Source of the DNA: Psammoneis japonica
Taxonomy: Eukaryota
Length of the DNA stretch: 40,331 nucleotides
Reading direction: 5' to 3'
NCBI GenBank assembly: GCA_008632985.1
Contig: QPGO01000087.1
Coordinates: 310,001-350,331 of the forward strand
Below the pieces are notes generated by a model. That model worked only from the letters and a program-made list of their open reading frames with translations. It did no database searches and was not told the DNA's origin. Shown here in pieces: positions 26,511 to 38,081 of the stretch. A program made the translations under genes and the position numbers. Position 1 is the first letter of the stretch, and each line of letters starts with the position of its first letter.

Positions 26511-27701
26511 CCCCAGTGGCCTTGGTGTCAAGAGTTGCATCCTGATCCACAGGCATGACAGGCACAGCAGATTCTCCAGAAGACAAGTTGGCAGTCACAA
26601 TGGATGATGTAGACCCCAATGAGGAGTCACACGATGCAGCAACAAGATTGTGAATGCTTGCAGAGGGAAGAGGTGCATTTGTCATTGGAAGAGGCACAGG
26701 AGCTTCTTGTTCTGCACATGGCACATAATTGGATGGAAGACACATGTCAGCACCTCCAGGATGCATGGTTGCATTCGTGTGGAGTGGCGTAATCACTGAT
26801 GAAGGACTGTGCCGGGCCTTGACAAAATCGTTTGCATCAATCAACAAGAAATTCATGTGCATCGCTGGATGAGGCAGACATTCTTGTGGAGGTCAACACT
26901 GGGGTGCATTGACACGTAGGAGCTCCTCCACAATGCTTTGCAGTTGTTGAATGTGGTTGCATGTGATGGGACGCAACATCATGCAACGTCGTTACAAAAT
27001 GGTCCATGCACATCAACAAAGGATTCACAATTGATGACTGTGGAGCTGTGTGAGCTTGTTTGGATGCATGTGGGGAAAGAGAAAACTCTTTCCAATCTCC
27101 ACAGTTCCATGTCATGTCAGGATCAACGTGCATGTGATGCGTTGACATGAGAACATAGAGAGATTGCTCGTGTTGCTGAAGATTCAACTTGATCATGGTT
27201 GAGAGGCCTTCAAGCGTCAAATGAATTGCGCGAGACTCGGCAGGGTCTACAACGCAAAAACGAGCTTCATCCATAATCGTCTTGTTGGACTGTGTGTCCA
27301 TGGGATCCATCGTGCAAGGTGGAATGCTTGATTGATGAGAAACTCACGGAACAAGTCCACAAAATTCTTCTTGGCCCAGTGTGTTCTGGATCGTCAAAGA
27401 ACAGATCCAGATCCAACATGGAATCTGCACGCAGCACATTCAGGGATGTGTGGACGTGTGGCAGAGTGCCATGTGCTTGGAACTCACAACAGATCTCTGC
27501 AACAGACGTGGGAGCGGCCTTTCCAAGGTCGGGAGACGCCATGGTTTTACTTGGTGAAGTGGTTCTTGGTCATGCACGCGTGGAAATCTGATGTGTTTCT
27601 ACGAGCATGAAAAATGCTGGGAAAGCGAGAGAAAAATCCTTCCAGGAACAAGAGATGAGGCTTGCACGATCGGCTCACAAAACAAATGAATCAAAACGGA
27701 A

Positions 27702-27743
27702 AGCTTGGCGCAGAGTTCTGTGGCACAGCGCAAGGCCATAACC
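27702..27743 (-). promoter_or_regulatory. primer-binding site of the half-tRNAiMet type (GGTTATGGCC) with adjacent D-arm-complementary boxes
   Basis: Directly follows the LTR end ..TGTCA and resembles the Drosophila copia PBS GGTTATGGGCCC. Confidence 0.7.
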
Positions 27744-27934
27744 TGACAGAATGCCGAAGGTCAGAGGTGATGGAGATGTGAAAGACTCCCCAAGCACCAG
27801 GACTGTGACAACATGAGTGCCAGCAGATGAGAGAAAGTGAGAGGATCTCAGAGACATCTGAGCTGATCGTCTGTCCAGATGGTCTGTCCATCACCCGCAC
27901 ACATTCTGTTCATCATAGAATGTGCAGACTGACA
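27744..27934 (-). repeat. 5' LTR (191 bp)
   Basis: TGTCA...TGTCA on the minus strand, flanked by the TSD and the PBS; aligns with 24510-24693. Confidence 0.9.
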
Positions 27935-28954
27935 GGCACACAACAAATGGCAGCTTTGCATTGACATCAAGGTTTGTCTGCATGCTTGTAGACTGATGAA
28001 AATCAAATGTTCAAAATTGACACAGGCAATCCCTTTGACAGGCCAAAAGTGAGAGAAGCTGAGCCTCAATGCCCATGCACACCTCGCACCTGCATGGTGC
28101 CACACTGCCTTCATTCTGCTGTCTCTCCTTTGTCATTCTGCTGTTGCTCTCCCTTGTAGTCATGTGCTGATGCGCTTGCTTCTGTGTTGGCTTCTTGTGA
28201 GTGATTGCCTTTTGCAAGTGCCATTTTGCTTTGTCTTGTTGCTCTTCCATTTTGTTGCTTCTTGTGGTGTGTGAGAATTTGCTGACAGTTTTTTGATTGC
28301 CTCTTGTCATGTTGCTGCATTTCATTGAGTTGGATGCATCAAATTCTTGCCATGTCACTCACTTTAAGTGTCTTCATTGTGTGTGTGCATCACAAGGCAG
28401 ATCAAATGGCAGTTTCCATCTGCAGGTGCTTCAGCCCATGCAATGATTCATGCTGTGGTGCATGTCTGGCATCTTGGATGTTGTGTTGCAGTGCCCAACA
28501 CAACACAATTCTGACATTGCAGTGTGATTTCTTTTCCTTGGGTTTTGCATCCCACATCAGTGAGACCAAGGCAGATCTCTGTTTTAGCATTGTTGTCCTC
28601 AGAAAGATTGTGAGAGCCATGCCCAATTTTGTCAAAGTCATTCCAATCATCTCCAAAAGAGTTGTGCAAATCAATTGAGACAGTTTTTAGTTCAACAAAG
28701 CCACAGGTCACCATGAAGATGACTGTGGTGTGCACAACCCATTCACTCAAATCTGACAAGAGTGCAAACAGCAGGACAAAGATGCAGAAAAACAAAAATT
28801 TCCAAGCCATTTGCACAAGGGGAAAAAGAAAGGGAGTCATCATGAATTTGCGCATTCTGGAAAACAAGAAAAAGAGATGGGAGAGGAGTGAGTCATGCAG
28901 AACAAACAGCAGCAGCAACATCCAGAGAAACAAACACATGCTCAATGAGCTCAC

Positions 28955-29936
28955 CCATGACACCACCCACAAATGTGTCAACAGCACCAAACACTTTCCC
29001 AATTTGCCATGCTTGCAAGAGTTCCGTTTGAGTCAATTTTTGGAGCCACAGTGTTGTTTGTGCCAAATGCACCATGCAAATGAGCACATGCATCTTGTTT
29101 TTGCATGTTTTTTGACAACTGCCTGTGGCTTCTTTCACTCAGTGCTGGTGCCAGAGTGCTTGTGATGGAACATTTAGCAGCACAACCTGCACATGCTGTG
29201 TTTGCACTGTTCATGGAGCCAACACATCCATCCAAGGGACGTGGTTGTCAAGGGGTCACAGGCAAATCATCACAGTGTGGTTGCTTGGCCTAAATGTCAC
29301 TGCCGCTGAGATGCACCCGAAGCTTGAATCTTGTTTCCTGGCATTTAGAATCCACACACATGCAGCAATATCAGTCATGCTTTGTGCCATGGGTTGGGGC
29401 AAGAAGTGGTTGTTGTTTCTCACACATTTTGTGTTGGCTCCCATGACATCCACCCACAAATGTGTCAACTGCACCAAACACTTTCCCAATTTGCCATGCT
29501 TGCAAGAGTTCCTTGAGTCAGTTCTTGGAGCCACAGTGTTGTTCATGCCAAATGCACCATGCAAACAAGCACACGCATCTTGTTTTTGCGTGTTTTTGAC
29601 AACTGCCTGTGGCTTCTTTCACTCGTGCTGGTGCTAAAGTGCTTGTGGCAGAACATTTAGCAGCACAACCTGCACATGCTGTGTTTGCATCTTTCATGGA
29701 GCCAACACATCCATCCAAGGGACGTGTTTGTCAAGGGGTCAAAGGCAAACCTTCACAGTGTGGTTGCTTGGCCCAAATGTCACTGCCACTGAGATGCATC
29801 TGAAGCTTGAATCTTTTTCCTGGCATTTAGAATCCACACACATGCAGCTAAAACAATTGGTCATGCTTTGTGCCATGGGTTGGGGCAAGAAGTGGTTGTT
29901 GTTTCTCACACATGATGCACACTTTGTGTTGGCTCC
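28955..29936. repeat. tandem duplication, two ~490-bp units (28955-29440, 29441-29936)
   Basis: Both units begin CCATGACA..CACCCACAAATGTGTCAAC and end TTTGTGTTGGCTC, and are collinear throughout. Confidence 0.92.
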
Positions 29937-30624
29937 ACACTCTTCCATTCAAATGAGTGCAAACAAGTGCAAGCTGTTTTGACCATGACAGTTTTATCCA
30001 ATGGCATTGCAGCCCTGGGACAGATTTTGGACCTGTGGTTTGAACAGCTGTGAAGAGATCCATGCCTCATGAAACCCAAAAGACACATCTGAATGGACTG
30101 GAGCAACAGGGTGCAAAAAAGTGATGGACAGACTGTTTCTGAAATTTTCTGTGTGTCACGTCCCATTCAAAGTTTTGCATTGTGCATGGGTTTTGTCAGC
30201 AGGGCTGCATGCACTGTGCTCACAAGTGTCCAAACCAAATGTGCACATGGGTTGAATTGTGTCAAGCTGAGTCATTCTTCTGAAGTCACTGACAAAGAGG
30301 AATGTCAACATTTTGCATGCAAATGACACACAGTTTTGTGCCAAGAAATGTGTGCTCAAATGTAAAAACAATGATGCAAGCTGCAATTGCACCTGAGTTG
30401 AATGAAGAAAATGCTGGGACAAGTTTTTGTCATCCCGGGAGTGCAGAAAAAGTTCCAGGCTGATGGTTTGACCATCACAATCAGAGTCTGTCATGAAGAG
30501 TTCTGGTCCATTCAACAATGTTTTTCACAAAGTCCAATCCACCCCTGTGGCAGGGAAGCTGTGTGTGGTTGAGCACGTGCACCACACTCACATGCATTGA
30601 GATTGAATGTTGACATGCACATGG

Positions 30625-32905
30625 ATGTGCACATTTCCACCAGCAAAAAACCTCATTCCACAGCTTTTCCAAATCTCTGACAACCAAAACCTGGGGGTGC
30701 AAAAAGCACTTCTTGGAAGACTGTGCACACACCAAAACATCATGCGTCAAAGTGACTCAACCATGATGACCTCCCATTCTTTGCCCCCTGCACAACCTGA
30801 CACATCCCCACCTGCCGCATCTGACATGTTGGTCCATCTCATGATGGTTGGTGCCATTGCACTCACTGTTGCAACTTAAAGACAGCAGATTTGAAATCCA
30901 GAAGATTGAGCTTGTGTTCCCCGGATCCACAATTGACCATGAACAACATTGCTGCCATTTGTCATTGAGTGCTGCAATCAAGCACAATTCATCAACAAGA
31001 AGAGACAATCATCATGATGAAAAACAACAGCTTTTAGGAGAGAAGAGTGTTTGGTGGCTGTGAAGGTTGTGGTCAAGATGGTGGTGATCACTTCTTGTCT
31101 TCATGAGATGGCGGTCATGGTGGACATGACACTTGCAACAATCATGATGGAGGATGTGGTTGTAAGATCATCTGCTCATGCTCCGACCACTGTGGATGCA
31201 AGCAGACCTGGTGGTGGCAGAGGTGATTCTGCTTGGAACAACAAAGGCACGGGATTGACAAGCGCCAATGGACTGGGCATTGGCAGAGGAGATTGTGGCC
31301 CGTGCTCCTTGTGTGGTCCTGGCCGTGGCAGAGGAGCATCTGGGAGGTGTCAAGACAGCTTTGAAGGAGGATTCAGCTAAAAGAATGCAGGCAGAGGAGG
31401 TGCTGGCATGCAAAATGGCAGCATGGCTGGCAACACAGCACCAGCTGGGAAGTCCAGCAGCAATGAACACAGCAAGCATTTGCCAAAAGCTCTTTGCCAC
31501 CTGTCTCTGTTTTAGCAAATTGCATGAACAGCACAAGTGCATGTGCTGCCACTGCTGTCCCTGCCACATGCTGTTGCATTTCTGCATTGATTCAAAATCA
31601 AGGGAAAGGGATGCCAGCTTTGCCAAGTTTGGAATGATTTCACAGAGATTTTTGATGATGTGAGCTCCCATTCCTCTGTCATCATTGCAGCACATCCCTC
31701 CCAGCAATCAACGCACTGACCTGTCATTCACAGTCTTCAAGCAAATGCATTGTCATTGGCAAAGCAGCTCTGAAACCAACAACAAATCACCGTGACCGTG
31801 CATGGTTCTCAATCTCTGGACAAGTGCCAGTGAAGATGACACCAAGGTGTTGTGTCAAAGAGTGAGCTCACTGTCAGCTTGATTTCAATTTCAGAAGTCT
31901 TGGTGTTGTTGTTGCTCATTTCTGTGTTGTTGTTGCTCATTTCTTTTACATTTTATGTTTTTGTTTCATTCAAGCTGGCAATCCATCACTGTGCAACACA
32001 ATGAGGAGAACGGCATCAGCAAATGCCAAGTTTCAAACCACTTTACAGAGATTTTTGTCATGCTTCATGGACAATTGGAGTTTGAACAATCAACACACCA
32101 ACAGAGATGGAATTGCTGCAGGTTGGGAATTGGTGACAGACATTGATCAACTGAAAGTTTTTCTGCGGCCAAAATTGACCAATGCAAAGAGGAACACGGG
32201 ATTGGCATTTCATTCTGGGAAGGACTTCCACATGAGAACTTAGTGCTTCTTTGCTTGGTTTGCAGAAGGGTCAGCTGAAGGAATGCACAAGTCAACAATT
32301 GGATGATGCACACATGTGACCTCATGGAATTGCAGCAAGAGCAGACCTGTTGCAACTCACCAGACCACTGTCAAATGACGGATGTGTTGCCAATCAAATT
32401 TCTTGTTCTTTCCACAGGACAAAGCATGAGACTTCTGGCAGCTGTTTGAAGAACATGTTGCAATGCATTGCTCTTCCAAGCAGGCTGTTCCTTTTTTAAG
32501 ACATCAAGAGACACCCTTGAGATGGATGTGGTGGCATCATTGTCAGAAAAGGTGCCAGCATTTGGGACAAAACTGGTGGCACCCATGGCAACATCATCAA
32601 CTGCAGCAGCATGTTGGTGACTTGAGATTGGCGGCACATCCCACTAGAAGGAAGCATGTCACGCACATCAGCAGACATGTGAGACAAAGGCAGTTTGGCA
32701 GAGGTGTGGCTGGTGAAGGCATTTGGTGCAGGAGATGAAGAATGGGAGGTCATCATGGTCAAGTCATCAAAACACGTGCATTTTTGTGCTTGAAAAGGAG
32801 TGGCCAAAAGTGCGTTTCTATGCCCTCAGTTTTTGGTGGTCAGAGGTTTGGGGGAGAACATGGTTCAGGATTTTTCCTGTCACTGTTGGCAGATTTGTGC
32901 ACAAA
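30625..32905. repeat. diverged inverted repeat pair (~30625-30795 and ~32725-32905)
   Basis: The shared core ACCATGATGACCTCCCATTCTT..CCTGCAC and upstream CCAAA.CTCTGAC.ACCAAAA.CTG.GGG occur in opposite orientations. Confidence 0.65.
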
Positions 32906-34081
32906 TGCATAAATTAAGACAAGCAGGGCAGTGTGGTTTGTTGACAACAGAACAAGAGGTGAAGGCAATTCCAGTTTTGTTGTGCTTCATTGTTGAGTCC
33001 CACTTGCTGGCATGGCCCACTCCAAGACAGACAAAGTGAAGTTTGCACGTGATTCCACAATCCTCTCACAGAAATGCAGGTCATTGACCCACATGTGGTG
33101 CAGCACATTTGTGTTGTTCAGGAGAACTTGCATCTTGATTTGCTCCCAACTCACAAGGGATTTGGAGAACTGACCTTGATTGTTTGCATCAGCAGTGGGT
33201 GACTGGCATTCATCTTGTTGCCAATCAAAAAGGACATGTCAAGCAGCTGTGTGTTGTCTGATTGCACAGAATCCTTGAAGGAATCACTCCAAGGGTCCGT
33301 TGCGCATTGGTGCATCAACAATTCCAGGATGCGACAATGCCGGCAGGGCAGGTTCATCACCTTCAATCCAAACGCAATCTGGATCACCCAATTTTTGGCC
33401 ATTGGTTCAACCATCACCATCAGAATCTGTCATGCAGAGCTCATGGGTCCAAATGTGTGAAACAGGGCAGGGTTGAAAGCCAAATCACTGCTCCATTTCT
33501 GCACCAGTTACCTGCAGCATTTAGATGCTCATTTTAAAATTTTAAAATGTCAATTGGTTTTCTCTCTCTCTGCTTTCAATTCTTGCAACAATGCTGGTTT
33601 TGAGATCTCTGCATGGGCATCCAATCAAAATGTGCAATGCAAACCTTTTGCAGCAAAGACAAATCACAAATTGACCCATCTGGAATTTGCAGCCTCCTTT
33701 CAATCCACATGAGCACACCCCCAAAGACTTGTGGAGAGAACAAAAGGCTCCTGAGCACACAAAACAAGAAGAGAGCAGATGGACTGAACTTGTTTTGAAC
33801 CTTGGACTCTGAAGTGGCAGCATGGTTTGACTGCTCTGCTGTTGGTTGGGAGAGGTTGAGTGGCTTTTTGTGACTTGCAACTCAAGGCTTCTTGTTGGCA
33901 CATCAGCACATGCAATGCAGCCTTTGGAGCCTGCTGCTTGCTGGAGCTGAGATGTGCTGGACAGCTCTCTGTGTGCCCAGGCTTGGTTCATCAGATGCTC
34001 AAACACAAAATTTTCTTTTCTTGTGCTGTGGTCACTTGGCCTCCATCAAAAAATCCACAGCAGCCCAAACCATCCCCGTGC

Positions 34082-35818
34082 ACTGTGCTCGAAGAACAAG
34101 CACAAACGAAAGTAGAGTGGTGTGCGAAAAGTGGAAATTATGAGATTAAATTTTACTCTGTGATTTTTGGTTTCTCCGAATGAGTTCTCAATGGCCCAAA
34201 GCTTCTGCACTGCTTCTACAGACAAAAGGCCTTTCGGAGAACACAATCGTGACAACAGATGGTCCGAGTGTGATTGGCATTGACACATGAGATGTCAAAA
34301 CATTGTCTGTCAATTGCATTTGCGATTTTCGACTTCCGATCAACTCTGTCTTAGACGGCTGTTGCTCTTGGTTGCTCTTCGGAAGAATGAGATCAACCAA
34401 GAGAAAACAACCATTGACTCTTGTTGGCATGCGCAAGCGCGTTCAAATTTTCAACAGCTGTAAAATGAACCAACGGTTGGAATGGGTCATTTTTGCCATG
34501 AACACATGATTGAACAACAGGATAGACAGGCCGTTTTACAATGTTCTTCCACTTGCACTTCAGCGACGCAATGGTCATCCATTTGCTGCTGTTCTCTTGG
34601 GCTGTTTTCAAGGAGCGTCACAACGCCTCGTCTCCCATTAGATTCTCCATGCAGAAGTCAAGAAAGTTGTTGCCACGATGTTCAAAAGCTTGTGCATCAC
34701 ATCATCCCTGCATCTGATTCAGCAGTGTCTTTGCAACTGCAAAATGAGGCTTGGAAACCAAGGCAAGCCATCCAATGTTGCGACTCTGTTCTCCCCACAA
34801 ACATCAGTCACTCATGCAATCGTTGTCCAAAAAAACAGCACCGTGCACCATGTTGACTCTTTCAAAATCAACATCTGTCAGAGTCATTGGTGCTGCCAAT
34901 GCTTTGTAAGGTGTCATGATGGCGCATGTCTGCTTTGTCTTGCTCCTCTCATTCTTGTCAATTTTGGCTTGATCTGCTGCTCTCTTCTTCGCGCTCAAAA
35001 AACCAAATGAGATTGAGACGATGACTTTTTGTCAACTCATTATTTGTTCTTGTGGTTCTCCTGCCATGCGCTGCTCCATCTCCTGCTGGCAGTCTCTGCT
35101 GCTGGAGAGAGAGTGCCATGCCTCTCTGCTCCACAGAGACCTGCTGCATGAACCGGCACCGGGGCAGCTGCTCTGTGCACAACACAGAGCTGCTCTCCAG
35201 CCGCAGTGGAGAGGGCTCTCTCTGTTGTGTAGAGTCCCTGAGTTACCGGCAGAGTAGAGAGCCCGAACAGTCTCGCGCGGTGGGGCAGCCACCACTGCCG
35301 GTGCAGTGCTGTGCTCTCTCTGCTGTTCCCACATGTCGTGTGAGAGGGCATGGCTTGGCACAAATGCGGCAGAAGTGGTGTGATGGCTCTCCTCTCTGCT
35401 CATGGTGGCTGCTCTAGAAGTGGCACTCTAGAAAGCAGGAGTGGCACTCTAGACTCTCGAGTGTCATTGCGGTTTGCGGTGTTCCGTGTTCAGAAAAATC
35501 AAAAATTTCGAAAAGCTCCGCCCCGCAAAATTCAGCATGCAAAAACTGGAAGTCCCCACAGCCAATGTGCAATCATGCTGGAAATGGGGGGCCGGCCGGC
35601 AACTAATCCGATGCTGATTGAACGAGGACGAATTATTGAAGCCCACGGCGGAGCCTGCGCAGCCCTGCCTGTCCTGTTGTTTAATTGTGTGTCCATGATT
35701 TTCGCTTCGTCGAACGTCGCGAGGTGGGTGATCGTTCTGTCCTTCGCACGCATCCACGACTGTGGCACGATTGACATGTGAACAACATCTAATCACATTT
35801 GTGCATGTGACAGTCGCA
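34082..35818 (-). repeat. long 3' LTR-like repeat (~1.74 kb)
   Basis: 34080-34349 matches 38080-38346 and 35728-35818 matches 38347-38435. It begins TGCGACTG on the minus strand after a PPT-like AGGAAAAAG (35820-35831). Confidence 0.65.
34393..34998 (-). pseudogene. degenerate ~200-codon ORF of unknown function inside the long LTR-like repeat
   Basis: ORFs 34804-34998 and 34393-34611 are in the same frame. They join without a frameshift across three TGA codons, each compatible with CGA->TGA. Confidence 0.45.
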
Positions 35819-35829
35819 TGCTTTTTCCT

Positions 35830-36250
35830 GTGCAGGTGACATTTTGAAGTTGCTTTTTGTCAGGTGCAAACGTTCATTTCCAGTCGTTCTGACAACTCCA
35901 AACCTGTCATGAGTTCGCTCATGAGTTGCACGAAAATGTCTGGGGCTCCACAGATCCTCGCTGGAAGTCCACAGCACTCATTTTCCCCCACGGCATCAAT
36001 TCTGATGTGAGCACGACGTGTGCTTTTTTGATTTCACATGGTGGTGTTCCACGTTTGAATCAAACAGCATCACCCATGTGAAACATTCTTGCTTCAACAG
36101 CATTTTCTGAATGTTGAGCAAAGGACACACCATGTGTGTGAACCTTGTTGAGCTTCTGAGTGTCGGACAAGGTCAAACTCGACCCTTTTCCCTCAGACAA
36201 TGAGTCTCAGAGCAACTCATTCAGAGTCATTTCATTTTTAAGACTTCAAT
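35830..36250 (-). pseudogene. Ty3/gypsy reverse transcriptase remnant
   Basis: LSDTQKLNK (SDFRKLN), LDSNVEHHHVK (LDLNMGYYHI), ECCGLPARICGAPDIFVQLMSELMTGLE (YEY.RLPMG....PDIFQ..MSELM.GLE). Confidence 0.85.
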
Positions 36251-36449
36251 CTTTCACAAGTGGCATGTTTTTTTTTGGGTTAGATGCATTGCTGTAGCTG
36301 TCACTTGATTAGAATCAATGGTGTGACAATGTGAGTCGAGGCCATCGGCCTCGTCATTGACTCCATTCGCCGCGTCACATTTTTCAATGTGATCGGCATT
36401 CAGCTGGAACATGTCGGCATGGAAGAGTGCATCAACATTCTTCACAGGG

Positions 36450-36800
36450 TCATTGCTTCATTCCCATTTGATTTTTCAATTGCATGGTCTAACATGATTC
36501 CAAGACTGGACATTAAGTCGTGTCCCATGACCACATTGTTTGACCTTGAAGAAGATTTTGTGTTGTCGACATGTGCTGTTTGAATGTCAGCAAGTCTTAA
36601 ATTTGCACAGCAAGAACTGAATTCGGTGTTCACTGTCAGTTGCAAAGAGCTCACCCTTGGTTTCACAAGTTTTTGGTGGCGGATATTTTGGTTCTCAACT
36701 TTTGCACGATTTTGCGTGAAATCATGGGCTGACGATGTTCTTATCAAGAAGAACACGCAGAAGCTTGTTTTTGCTTTTCTCAGAGAAGCAGTCATGTGGA
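36450..36800 (-). pseudogene. Ty3/gypsy aspartic protease remnant
   Basis: LRVLLD (frameshifted), ETKG..F.T, HVD, VMGHDLMSSLGIMLD (IIGRDLM..LGI.LD-like). Confidence 0.7.
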
Positions 36801-37329
36801 CAGCAACAACAGGACTTGCACAACATGCTGTGATGCTTTCTCTGGATTTCCAGACGTTCTGCAACGCGTCATGCTCCTTGACAGGTGCAAATCTTTGATC
36901 GGACTTGATCGGGTCAATTTTTCTAAATTGACAGTTTCACTCGTTGAGCATTTTAGAGTCTTAATTTTGGCTCTTGCACTTTTTGTCTTTGTTCAAAGAA
37001 CTTGCTTTGAGTGTTTTTGAACTGCTTGGACCACCACAGCATTCCACTCTTGTTTGCAAGCGGCATTGTCATCATCGCGACATGACCACGTGCGATTGCC
37101 ATTTGAACGGTGCCGTTTTGGATCACATTCATGGTGTCCACAGCATTTTTTTGCCAATTCATTTTCAGAACAGCTTCATCCGTGATGTGGGGATTCTTTT
37201 CTCAAAGATTGGACCTTTTGTTCACTTGGGATTGTTCTGGCACCACACAGGAGACCATTTTTGGAACCAAATTTGGAGCCATTTTTTGTTTTGGAACCAA
37301 CTGCGCTGTCAGAGCCTGATTTGATGTGT

Positions 37330-38030
37330 TTTTTTGTCATGGACGTCATTGCTGACCTCTGGACAACTCAAACCTCAATCAGCTCATCAAGGGCATGATC
37401 CAATGATCCAACATTTTGGACAGCAGGCTGATGCTGCCATCCTTGCGGTGCAAGTGACAGCTGATAAATCAGTGCTCGGATTCCTGCTAGATTCGACTTA
37501 AAATCGATTTGAGGGTCGCACAGACGCTCATCATTGACCTCTTGGGTCTGTCAGAGGCTTTCTTGCTGTTGAGCGGCTCTGGTTTCTTCAGATCATCTCG
37601 AAAATAATTTTTCTGATTCTGAAGTGCATTTCCTCAGAAGACATGAGTTGTGAGACACTTGAGGTACTTTTCAACGGTTTCTTCTTGCTCTCTGAGCTTG
37701 AGACTTGTTGATTTGGTCTCAAAAAACTCTCCGATGGTCTCTCCTTGCACAGCAGACGCATTTCTTGGACCTGATTGACTTGGGACTTGACATTCTATGC
37801 ACCATGACTTGGTGTAGATTTTTTGACAATGCTGTGCACTTGTAGAGTCCTTGATCCTGAGATGCTTGGAATGGGTCACATTGGAACAAATCTTGTCATT
37901 TGGCAGACGAAAAACGGAGTTCCATCTTGAGGTGCTGCTTGGACCGAGCTTCTTCCGCTCAGAAATTGACTCCAGCAGAACTGATGCAATTCGTTCCTGT
38001 TCACAGAAGAATTTGCAAAGGCACATTAGT
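37330..38030 (-). pseudogene. Ty3/gypsy gag remnant
   Basis: CLTTHVF*GNALQNQKNYFRDDLKKP...PQGWQHQ..VQN....DHALDELIE resembles diatom gypsy gag, and lies upstream of PR-RT on the same strand. Confidence 0.65.
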
Positions 38031-38081
38031 TGAAATTTTCATTTTCCGTGTTTTTACCTTCTTGGTGTGTGTGCACAAAGC

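Larger units (their letters stand above)
24510..27934 (-). mobile_element. complete 3425-bp non-autonomous copia-type LTR element with 5-bp TSD GGCAC
   Basis: Two aligned LTRs, PBS, PPT, and GGCAC at both 24505-24509 and 27935-27939. Internally there are gag-like and integrase C-terminal remnants; no RT or RNase H motif was seen. Confidence 0.9.

Noticed and set aside
28978..29720. PIF/Harbinger transposase remnant (DGCVGSM, CIWH..GS)
   Set aside because: The resemblance is too short and degenerate to support without an HMM search.
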